Below are positions 55,479 through 64,000 of a stretch of DNA of 64,000 nt, one piece after another. A model generated the notes under the pieces. That model had not been told where the DNA came from and ran no database searches. It saw only the letters and a program-made list of their open reading frames with translations. Both the position numbers and the translations under genes were made by a program. The stretch is from Naegleria gruberi. Lineage: Eukaryota. How positions within the stretch are numbered: position 1 is the stretch's first letter; each line of letters opens with the position of its first letter. The stretch lies in the NCBI GenBank assembly GCA_000004985.1, contig GG738845.1. The stretch is one strand, 5' to 3'.

Positions 55479-56591
55479 ATGTTTGTCAAAGCTCAACACA
55501 ATAAGCAAAATGTTTCATTAATTGCTGGAGGACATTATTTTGGAGGAGAGGAAAATTCAATTGAAAAGACAACAAGACTAGTAAAGGATTTGAGTAAAAT
55601 TGAAAAGGTGATTGCTTTGAATGAACAAGTACCAATAGTTTGTCAATTTTCAATCTTTTCCGAAGGAGAAGGTTTTGAAGAATTGTTTAAATCTGTGAGA
55701 GAACAAATATCTCAATTTTATTCTGCTTTGGATGATGAAAATAGCTATTATGGAACAAATACTTTGCATGATGCATTCACAACATTTAAATCATCCTATT
55801 CTTTTTATGAGTATGAGGGAGAAATTATTGATTTATTGAAAAAGAGATTTGGCATTTCTTATAGAAATGAAAATCATACACAAAAACTCATCAAATTAAA
55901 CAAATTTATCAAAAAGAATATGGGAAGATTATCAGGAAAGGAATTGAGAATTTTAATTGCAAAACTAGATCATGAAATGAATATTGAAAAGGATAAAAAG
56001 AGATTTGAGATTACATTTAATTCAATTAATACCATAATGGATACAGTGGATGAATGTTTATTTACAATATTGCAAATGTCACAAACTTTAAAGTATATAC
56101 AGAATGTACTTTTGGAAATAGCTCAAGAAATTTATCAAAAATTGAATATTGCTTTCAGATCATTTGTAATGCCTTGGATGATATTCTTATCAATAACTGC
56201 CAGATTATACAGTATTACCTTGGAGAATATGAAAGTTGTAGAGTTAATTTATAACAAATTTAAAAAGTGGTGCAATTGTCTTCCAACTAGAGAACAAGTT
56301 GCATCCTATCTCATGAAAGAGGTATCTATTATTTTCCTTACAAAAACTAATAGAATGGATTTTCCATCTCCATTTCCAGAAAGCTTGATAGAATTTACAA
56401 AGAATAATGAATCGTCAGATCTTTCTCAATTCCTACTCAATGAATCAATCAAGAAGGAGAATCAAGAATTAGTATTTTCACTTGTCGAACAAGTCAAGAT
56501 ACAGAAAAAACTATCACTAGAGAATGCCTCTAACATGTCTTCTGCTCCATCTTCGACGAGTAAGAAAAATAAACAGAAAAAGAAGAAATAA
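55479..56591 (+). CDS. Hypothetical protein (370 aa, helical, Lys-rich C-terminal tail)
   Basis: ORF with an ATG start and coding-like composition. I recognise no family. Confidence 0.4.
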   Translation: MFVKAQHNKQNVSLIAGGHYFGGEENSIEKTTRLVKDLSKIEKVIALNEQVPIVCQFSIFSEGEGFEELFKSVREQISQFYSALDDENSYYGTNTLHDAFTTFKSSYSFYEYEGEIIDLLKKRFGISYRNENHTQKLIKLNKFIKKNMGRLSGKELRILIAKLDHEMNIEKDKKRFEITFNSINTIMDTVDECLFTILQMSQTLKYIQNVLLEIAQEIYQKLNIAFRSFVMPWMIFLSITARLYSITLENMKVVELIYNKFKKWCNCLPTREQVASYLMKEVSIIFLTKTNRMDFPSPFPESLIEFTKNNESSDLSQFLLNESIKKENQELVFSLVEQVKIQKKLSLENASNMSSAPSSTSKKNKQKKKK

Positions 56592-56699
56592 AGGTATTGA
56601 AAGAATTAAACAGATTTAATCGAGCGGTGTTATTAATAGTTGTAGGTTTGTACGAACATTCCCGCCAAATTTGTAGTTTAAAAAAACAACTTTAAAAAA

Positions 56700-57728
56700 A
56701 TGAGTCACAAATATCAAAAGGATTTCTCTCTGCCCAATAACTTTCAAGAGACTTTACGGGACTTTACTAGAGAGGTTTTAAGATCTCAACCTGGTAACAT
56801 TTATCGATTTGGATATGATTATTTTATGAAGCTGGCTAAGGAAATGGGAGAAAGTACACCTGTGGTTACTGCTGGAAACAATGCCTCCAAAGTTAATGAG
56901 GAGGAACCAGAACAAGAATACAAGGTTGTACATACAAATAATAATGATTTACATACTTTGGATGAATCTCTGAACGCTAGTAGTATTAAACCAAACGAAG
57001 ACGACTACCAAAATATTTCCAGCATTTCCATACAAGATAAACCTGTGAGCATTAAATCTCAAGACAAATTCGAAGACAATGATGTCGAAGAGGAGGGTGT
57101 AGATGAAGATCCAGAAGGTGGTGCAAATTCTGCTTTTGAAGGAGACATGCTCCAAGCTATTGTACAAATTTCAGACCAAGAGCTTTTAAATATTATCTAT
57201 AATCAATTAAGCTCGTTCGGATATGAAAATCTTCCTATGGATGTCATTAAGGATGAAATCAAAAAAGTTTTCAACTATCAACTCCCTGAAGCAATCATGC
57301 TCTTTGTTATGGCAGAATCAGAAATTTCAGAGGATGGTACAATTGAAATTGGTCAATTCTCTCAACAAGTGACAAATGTTTTGAAAACAATTGTGGGAGT
57401 AGAGTCGTTTATGGAAGAAATTAATGTCAATGAGGCCGATGTTGTTCATGGACTCAACAAGATGGAACTGGATGAAGAATTGAAGGCCATTTTCGAAAGA
57501 GCTGACGAAGGCCAAACAGGTGCCATTTCATTCGCCAAGTTCAGAAGAGAATTGTTGGAAGCAGACTTGGACCTTTCTAGAAGAGAGGTGAATATTGTTC
57601 TCTCTGAGGCTGAGTCAGATGAGCATGGTCAAGTTCTGTATGAGAAGAGTATTAATAGTGCTCACAGACTTTTATTCATTGCAAATATGTTTGATGATTT
57701 TTGTAATGAAAATGATTTACATTTCTAA
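56700..57728 (+). CDS. RIIa (PKA regulatory-subunit dimerisation/docking) domain protein with a C-terminal EF-hand
   Basis: The N-terminus LPNNFQETLRDFTREVLRSQPGNIYRFGYDYFMKLAKE fits the RIIa fold signature. A canonical 12-residue EF-hand loop DEGQTGAISFAKF is present, plus a second degenerate loop (DEHGQVLYEKSI). Confidence 0.55.
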   Translation: MSHKYQKDFSLPNNFQETLRDFTREVLRSQPGNIYRFGYDYFMKLAKEMGESTPVVTAGNNASKVNEEEPEQEYKVVHTNNNDLHTLDESLNASSIKPNEDDYQNISSISIQDKPVSIKSQDKFEDNDVEEEGVDEDPEGGANSAFEGDMLQAIVQISDQELLNIIYNQLSSFGYENLPMDVIKDEIKKVFNYQLPEAIMLFVMAESEISEDGTIEIGQFSQQVTNVLKTIVGVESFMEEINVNEADVVHGLNKMELDEELKAIFERADEGQTGAISFAKFRRELLEADLDLSRREVNIVLSEAESDEHGQVLYEKSINSAHRLLFIANMFDDFCNENDLHF

Positions 57729-57921
57729 TTGGATCATTTAAAATTATTGTACATTTATAAAACTAATATTAACTAATTGATTTAATCTCAATGTTATTTG
57801 AACGACCATCATGACAAGAAAATGAGGAGATTTTACTTTTTCAAAATTTTAACGTTGACTTCCAATTACTGGCTAATAGAAGATTTCATTTGAATGTAAA
57901 TAAAAATAAATTTTAAAAAAA

Positions 57922-58695
57922 ATGAACTCTGCTGATCCGTTCGACCTGGTGAAAGACAAGGTCAGAGAAAAGCTGGCCTCCATCAAAGTTTTACAGGAGA
58001 TGTATATTGATCCAACAAGTCAAGAACAATGGAGAGGAATAGAAACCGAATTACAAAGTAATATTAAATCGGTTGATTTATTTTTGGGGGATCTGCAATC
58101 AACAATTGATATTGTAGAGAAGAATCCGCAACGTTTTAAAAACATTTCAAAGGAAGAAATCGGAAAACGTAAATTATTTATTTCGACAACATCACAACAA
58201 ATGAGACAAATAGAACAACAAATTAAAACTAGAAAACAAAAACAGCAACAACAGAAAAAAGAAACCTTGCTGACAAACGACGAGGATGAACAACCAATAC
58301 AACCAAAACCAACAGGAAAAGGTTCATCAAAATATTCTAGATTGGAAGAATCATACATTCAAGATAATCAAAAATTTATCGACCAACAATTACAAGTTCA
58401 GGATCAAGTCAAGAAAAATCAAGACCAACAATTGGATAAGATGGCAACTACTGTTCAACGTGTTGGGCAAATCGCTCAAGATATGGGTGATGAACTCGAT
58501 GAACAACACAGAGAGTTGGAGGATATGGAGCAACATGTCGATAAAACAAAAGGATTATTGGAAAGAACGAATAAGAGATTGAGCAACATGTTAAATAATA
58601 CCTCTGATAAGTGGAAAATTATTATCATTGTAACTCTGATTGTTGTGATTTGTATTTTATTTGGCTTGTTATTCATTCCAATTAAATTTAATTAA
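57922..58695 (+). CDS. Syntaxin-6/Tlg1-like Qc-SNARE (tail-anchored)
   Basis: The N-terminus resembles the syntaxin-6 N-domain (DPFDLVKDKV...QEQW). The SNARE heptad motif is ...VQRVGQIAQDMGDELDEQHRELEDMEQHVDKTKGLLERTNKRLS. A C-terminal TM anchor (IIIVTLIVVICILFGLLFI) is present. Confidence 0.7.
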   Translation: MNSADPFDLVKDKVREKLASIKVLQEMYIDPTSQEQWRGIETELQSNIKSVDLFLGDLQSTIDIVEKNPQRFKNISKEEIGKRKLFISTTSQQMRQIEQQIKTRKQKQQQQKKETLLTNDEDEQPIQPKPTGKGSSKYSRLEESYIQDNQKFIDQQLQVQDQVKKNQDQQLDKMATTVQRVGQIAQDMGDELDEQHRELEDMEQHVDKTKGLLERTNKRLSNMLNNTSDKWKIIIIVTLIVVICILFGLLFIPIKFN

Positions 58696-58714
58696 ATAAA
58701 TCAATTGTACATTT

Positions 58715-61700
58715 TTAAACAATTTCTGGTTTATCATTGACTGTTCTGTGGTGGGTTAAGGTTTGTCCAATTCCAACTGAGCTAGAGGTACCTGCTGTAA
58801 TCGGTTGACCAATGCTTGTTTGATCCTTTTCATCTGTGAAACTAGTACCCATATTTGTTTGATTTTTAAAGTTTCTGCCACTCTTATTTCCACCCTTTGA
58901 TTTGAACAATTTTCTTACAATTAAACAACAGCAACAAATAAAGCAAATCACACCGACAATAATAGCGTCATAAACATAACGATTATATCGAACATTATTG
59001 TAGTGCTCCATCAATTCATCAATATAGAGGAATGGATTTTCTTCACTGTCTTGTAATTCAAATTGGGATCTATTTGGGAAGTACCAATTGTAAAAGTTGT
59101 GTAACATTTCAACAACCTGTTCATTTGGTTTGGTTTGATTCATATCATCATTCAAACAAATGAATTTAGGTCTGTTTCTTCTCAATTCGTCCAATTGATC
59201 TCCAACTTTATCTTCATCATCTCTAATCATGTGGAATCCTACTTGAGATAAATCTTCCAATGTAAATGGAAAACGTTGTTCGCTCTTGTGTGCCTTTGTT
59301 TTAACAATATCGCTTAGGCCACTATTAACAAAATCTTCAAGAATTGGTTTAGTTCTGAATGCAGAGTCATCCATTGCTTGATATCGTGACAATACAAGCC
59401 TTGTATAATTGAGATGGCCATACAGGATATTTCTTACTGTTTGATGATACTCCTTAAATTCAGAAAAATCTTCAAAATAGGACCAAGATTTCCACTTCTT
59501 GTTACTCTTTGTACTGGCCCAGAAATAGGAACCAAATTCATCATCTTCTGAATTTTTTGTACTGTTTGTTGTTGCAGTTGTGTTAATAGGTGATGTACTA
59601 ATTTCTGGTGTTGGAGTCTTCTTTTTGCCCTTCTTAGTTTTCTTTTTTGGTTTTTCTAATCCTCCTCTTTCCTTTTTCATTTCATCATTAATTGTATTAA
59701 TACTAGATGTAATATTGGTATGTAAATCAGTTAATTTGGAGAGAGGTATCTTGTACTTGTGATACATCAAGTTAGCTAAATTTCTAATTTCATAATTATC
59801 CAAAACATTATCATTGTTTGTATCAACATGTTCCCTCAAAAATCTAGAGACATTATAGTGAATACCTTCATGCATTAAATAGTAGAAATAGGTAAATGTA
59901 TACTGCATATCACTTGAGGATCTAAATCTATTGGATGATGTGACATTGAATTCATATTCCCATTTCTTTTGAAGTTCGAACATAATGTCCCTATCAATCA
60001 TGTGAGGCATGTGAGCTGGTACCTTACGAGAGGCCCTACCATATTCTCTATTCAACAACTTATTCACATGAATTAAACTATCTCCAAACTTATCGAGGAG
60101 TTTTCTACCGATTCTAACAGGTGTGGAGCTTTCTGTGGTGACGCTGTTACTGCTGTCATCATAGTTTTCACTCTTGATTTCTCTTTCAATTCTCTTTTTG
60201 ATATTTTCATATTTTTCTTGATTCTTTTCCTTTTCTGCTAGATTGAAACGGAGGGAATTAACAATTTCTTCAGGATGAGATTGAACAATAGGAATTCTGT
60301 TAGAGTATGATGGTCGAATATTTGATGGAGACGAGATGCCCAATAACTTTCTGTTTTTCTTTTTTAACAACTTTTTCAAATATCTCAATTCATCACTATT
60401 GAGATTATCGATATTATAATTGTCGGCTTCTTGAGTTGGAGACTTTTCTGGTGTTTTAGGAACTTGCTGCTTCTCGGTTGCAATGACTGGATTGGTTTTG
60501 ATAACATTTTCAGAGATGTCATCAATTTCTGTTGCCTTTTCTTTTTGTTTGGTTTCTGTCTTGATATCAACAACTTTTTTAGTCAAATCATCTTCAATCT
60601 TTTTAGTGACAGGTTTGATTTCAGTATCCTTTTTAGCTTGTATAGTGTCGAGTGTACTAGTTGGGGTTTCTTTGGTGACAGTTTCCAAAGTATTCTTCAT
60701 TGGTTCAGTTTTCTTTTCCTCCAATTTAACTTGAGCTTTTTTGGTGTCAATAGATGCAGGACGAACAGCTTGGTTTTCAGTAATGACTGGATTGGTTTTG
60801 ATAACATTTTCAGAAATATCGTCAATTTCTGTTGCCTTGGTTTCTAACTTGGATCCAGATTGTTTCTTGGTATTTGTAACTGACTTGTCATTTTCTTGAG
60901 TATCAGAATTGATATTGTTCCAACTATTAAACCAATCAGTTTCAGGAGTTGTCTTGGTGGCTTTTTCTGCAGGTTTGGTGCTATTGTTCTTTCCAACAAT
61001 AGCATTAAGCTGAGTTTTAGAAAAGTAGGTAGAAACCACCAATGCCTTATTGTAGTTCTTGTCAGCTGCTAACTCTGATTCTTGTGATTCATGAATACCA
61101 AAAATGCTTGTTTCATTTGATAAGTTAAATTTTTTGGCAATGTAATTGAATGTATGATTTGAAACAACCTTTACGATGAAAGATTTTGTAATTGTCAATT
61201 TAGTGCCCAATTGTTCAAAAGTAGTGGAGTGAGTGTTTTGGAATGTATCAGTTTTGGAGGTATCATTAAGAACTCTCTCAGCTTCCAAAGAAACCGGGAC
61301 ATGTTCTTCATAGAAATTGGTATTGTTACTGTACTTGGTAACATTGGACTTGAGAGATTGATAATTAAAAGTGAATATGAGGAGCTTTTCCTTTTGTGAA
61401 ATTGTTGAACTTCTAACTAGCTTTTCATTTTCGTGATTGCCATTAGTAATTTGAGCATCTTTGAATATCTTACTCAAATCCAAGTAAATGGAAGGTTCTA
61501 TATTACGGACATAGATAACTGAAATGCTATTTTCCAATTGTACATGCTCCAATTCTGTCTTTAATTCCTTAAACTCGCAATCTCCAGCATCATAACCACA
61601 TTCTTTAACGTTACATGGTCTATCACAAAAACGATCACCAATCCATGAATCAGAACAAGAGGCTGAGCAATAATTCTTAGTATTAGTGGATGACCAAAAA

Positions 61701-63285
61701 CTATTAGAATTACTACCATAATTATAGTTACCACCATAGTTGCCATAACTTGATGAAGAGCTTGAAGATCCGTAAGAGAATCTCACATTTGGACCAACGC
61801 AATCACCACCATCAAAATCACATTGAGTAACATTGCAAGAAACGTCACAATAACCATCACCTAACCAAGATTCTTGGCATCCTTCATGGCATGGAGGAAC
61901 TTCCCAACTGAGGAATACTTTTTGTCCAGTTGAGTGACTATAAAAATCCTCTGGATACACATCGTTACCAAACATGACATCATCATTCAAGTAAATAAAC
62001 TTTTTAGAAAGGCCAGGAATTCTATGAATTTGAGATTCAATAGAAGGTGAGCTGAAAACTGGTAAATGGATTGGATTTCTGTAAACATCGGCATGTTTAA
62101 CAATTTTAACCTTTGGATTCTTTACGTTTAACCAGCTTGGCACTTGACCACTTGTCACAATATAAACATTTCTGACCCATGGAGCAAATCGTTCCAAACT
62201 ACGTAAACTGTATCTCAACTCATCATTATCTCTAAATCTGTTACTACTATTGGTATCATCAGTTTTGGTAGCATTCTTAGTTGTTGTACCATTGTTGATA
62301 ATTTCTGAGTCATTTTTAACTTTAGGAGTATTTTCCTTCTTTGATTTCTTAGTGGTCTTTTTTGTCAAAGCCTTGTTAGTTTTTGCTTTCTTTCCAGTGG
62401 CACCCTTTTTTTCAACCTTAGTATGTTGTTGTTTGGTAACTGGTGGTTTGGTTGTCTTTTTTGATGAATTGGTTTTCTTTGTAACAGGTGCTTTAGTCTT
62501 TTTGGTTACTTTGGCATTCTTATTGGTTTGAGGAATTGATTTCTTATTAGTTTCTTGTTTCTTCTTGCTTGTGGATTTCACAGAGAGTAATCTTCTTCTC
62601 TTCTTTGTTTTGTTTTCTTGTGTTTTCACATGTGCATTTCCTACTCCTTTCAAATGGTAATTATTGGTTGTTTTCTGATTGGATTTGCTAGAATCAGTAG
62701 TACTAGTAGTAGTAGTATTGGAAGACGTCTTGGTAGCAGCACTTTCAATTGTTTTAGTATTGTCAACATTAGATTTTTCTTCCTTCTCCTTTTCCAAAGC
62801 ATTAAATCGTTTCACTAAATTCTTGTGTATTGGATCGGAACCATTGACCCAAGTATAAACAATATCCATAGGTTCATAACACAATTTAGAAACTGAATTA
62901 ATTTTCATAATATTATCTCTATACATCCTATTACAATAATTTCCCAATTGTGATGCTTCATCATCCTATATTAAATATTTAAATAAATAATTTAAAAATT
63001 GAAATGTTAAAATTATTGAGAATAAATTCATTCGCATTATTATAAACTTACCACAAGGGTAGTCTTATCAGTGATGGAAATATCCAAAATAGATTGTAAC
63101 AAGTGCAATGCCGTATTTAAAGTAATAAATGTAATAATAATCAACAATATAGCACCCCATTTAGATGTTGCAAAGGAATAGAATGAACGTTGAATAGACT
63201 TTGAAAATTGATCATTAAAACAGGAACAACATTTCTTTCCTCTCTTATGATCCAATCCGACATTAGCAGTCGATGAGGGTAACAT
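58715..63285 (-). CDS. UDP-GlcNAc:lysosomal-enzyme N-acetylglucosamine-1-phosphotransferase alpha/beta-like (Stealth family with Notch LNR repeats). Two exons: 63052..63285 and 58715..62965, with an 86-nt intron
   Basis: Exon 1 gives a signal-anchor TM (WGAILLIIITFITLNTALHLL). The joined sequence ...LCYEPMDIVYTWVNGSDP is Stealth CR1, and IYLNDDVMFG is CR2. There are two LNR modules (CHEGCQESWLGDGYCDVSCNVTQCDFDGGDC and CSASCSDSWIGDRFCDRPCNVKECGYDAGDC). A C-terminal Stealth CR3/CR4-like region (HMPHMIDRDIMFELQKKW) and a C-terminal TM are present. Basic Lys/Thr low-complexity inserts are also present. Confidence 0.75.
60430..60860 (-). repeat. In-frame direct repeat inside the phosphotransferase gene: two 110-130 bp units about 300 bp apart
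   Basis: The protein shows KATEIDDISENVIKTNPVITENQAV... and KATEIDDISENVIKTNPVIATEKQQV.... The plus-strand shadow ORF shows NDWIGFDNIFRDVINFCCL and NDWIGFDNIFRNIVNFCCL. The nucleotide strings ...actggattggttttgataacattttcaga... occur at about 60487 and about 60787. Confidence 0.7.
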
Positions 63286-63645
63286 ATTTTCCGATTCAAA
63301 AAAAGCAAAATTCTCTCTTTAACAACAACCTTCTTCTCTGTTGTTGTTGTTGTTTTCTTTAAAATAGTGTACGTTTACTCAGAGCAGTGTCTCCTTCGAC
63401 TACTTGGATGACACGTGTATGGTACGCCGTGTGAGTGTGGATTTCTTTTTTTTAATGGAGTTTAAGTGAGTGGATATACAGGAGTTTCAATTTGAAACGG
63501 TGAAGAAATAATGATACAATGATACAATTGAATCTACTTACAAGCTTGTTAACTCTCCTCTAGAAACATTCATACAAACAATTTTATTGCATCAAATAAT
63601 AATACACTGTTCAATAATTATTCAATAAAATCAAAGAAGAAAAAA

Positions 63646-64000
63646 ATGGGTCTTCCCAGAAGTACAGTCACATCAGTGTTGAGTTTCATTCTCGGAACGA
63701 ATGATGCCTCCATGAATATGATTGCATCAAAGAAGCAACCACAATTGGAAGGTGGTGGTGATGGTGCAGGAGGAGCCACTATGGAAACTGTTATTTATAT
63801 TGATGGAAATTCATTAATTTATCACAAATTGCAAGATGTTATTCCTGTAGATGCTACTGCTTCAACATTGTTTGCTGAGAAGAGTGTTTTGAAAATTGTG
63901 GAGCAAGTTAAGGATTCTGTAATTGGTCAATTGAATCATATTTATTTGGAGAATAGACCATTTTCAAAGATTGTACTAGTTTTTGATGGTCCTTGCCCAT
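63646..64000 (+). CDS. 5' part of a gene encoding a 5'-3' exonuclease/PIN-like (XPG/53EXO-type) N-terminal domain protein; tentative and runs off the window
   Basis: The start is ATG at 63646. ...VIYIDGNSLIYH...IVLVFDGPCP resembles the N-terminal metal-binding segment of 5'-nuclease/PIN-like domains. There is a Gly-rich linker. Confidence 0.3.
   Translation, partial: MGLPRSTVTSVLSFILGTNDASMNMIASKKQPQLEGGGDGAGGATMETVIYIDGNSLIYHKLQDVIPVDATASTLFAEKSVLKIVEQVKDSVIGQLNHIYLENRPFSKIVLVFDGPCP

Noticed and set aside
1-64000. Search for prokaryotic-style systems (operons, CRISPR arrays, toxin-antitoxin, integrons, defence islands)
   Set aside because: The sequence is clearly eukaryotic: spliceosomal introns, Sec1/SNARE/PEX/EMC/calpain gene content, poly-Asn/Gln coding tracts, and no Shine-Dalgarno-type organisation. 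No CRISPR-like regular direct repeats are present.

Overview
This window is eukaryotic nuclear DNA, not prokaryotic. By eye it is roughly two-thirds A+T, and about 36 protein-coding genes are packed on both strands with short intergenic spacers. Many genes are interrupted by very short spliceosomal introns of 38-86 nt. These have canonical GTAAGT, GTATGT, GTACGT or GTAGGT donors and pyrimidine-rich ...AG acceptors. Coding regions are full of Asn/Thr/Gln/Ser-rich low-complexity tracts. Together with the gene content, this matches a dictyostelid-like amoebozoan (social amoeba) genome; the organism call is inference. Three examples of that gene content are a fused fatty-acyl-CoA-reductase/DHAP-acyltransferase (FAR-DHAPAT) gene, a GlcNAc-1-phosphotransferase with Stealth and Notch-LNR domains, and a Zn2Cys6 transcription factor. 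There are no rRNA, tRNA, CRISPR or prokaryotic mobile elements that I can support. The six-frame ORF track is prokaryote-style. It uses TTG and GTG as starts, which creates false N-termini and false gene overlaps, and it splits multi-exon genes into pieces. I re-joined several genes by hand, checking intron phase against the ORF coordinates. These are SLY1, FAR-DHAPAT, PEX6, EMC5, the Zn2Cys6 factor, gamma-SNAP, an HD hydrolase, a roughly 916-aa multi-PHD protein, an ankyrin protein, ABCF and the phosphotransferase. The main second-look items are the FAR-DHAPAT ether-lipid fusion gene that sits 7 kb from PEX6. Next is a calpain-like protein whose catalytic Cys is replaced while His and Asn are kept, giving a pseudoprotease behind a roughly 1000-residue Asn/Thr repeat array. 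Then come a Ser-rich ORF running in frame into the gamma-SNAP start, a rearranged dispersed-repeat block in the 2.4-kb spacer at 25.1-27.5 kb, a small-heat-shock-like gene only 33 nt upstream of an exonuclease gene in the same frame, a shared GC-rich motif in two divergent promoters, and two cilium-associated gene families in a lineage expected to lack cilia. Intron coordinates are hand-derived and may be off by a base or two.
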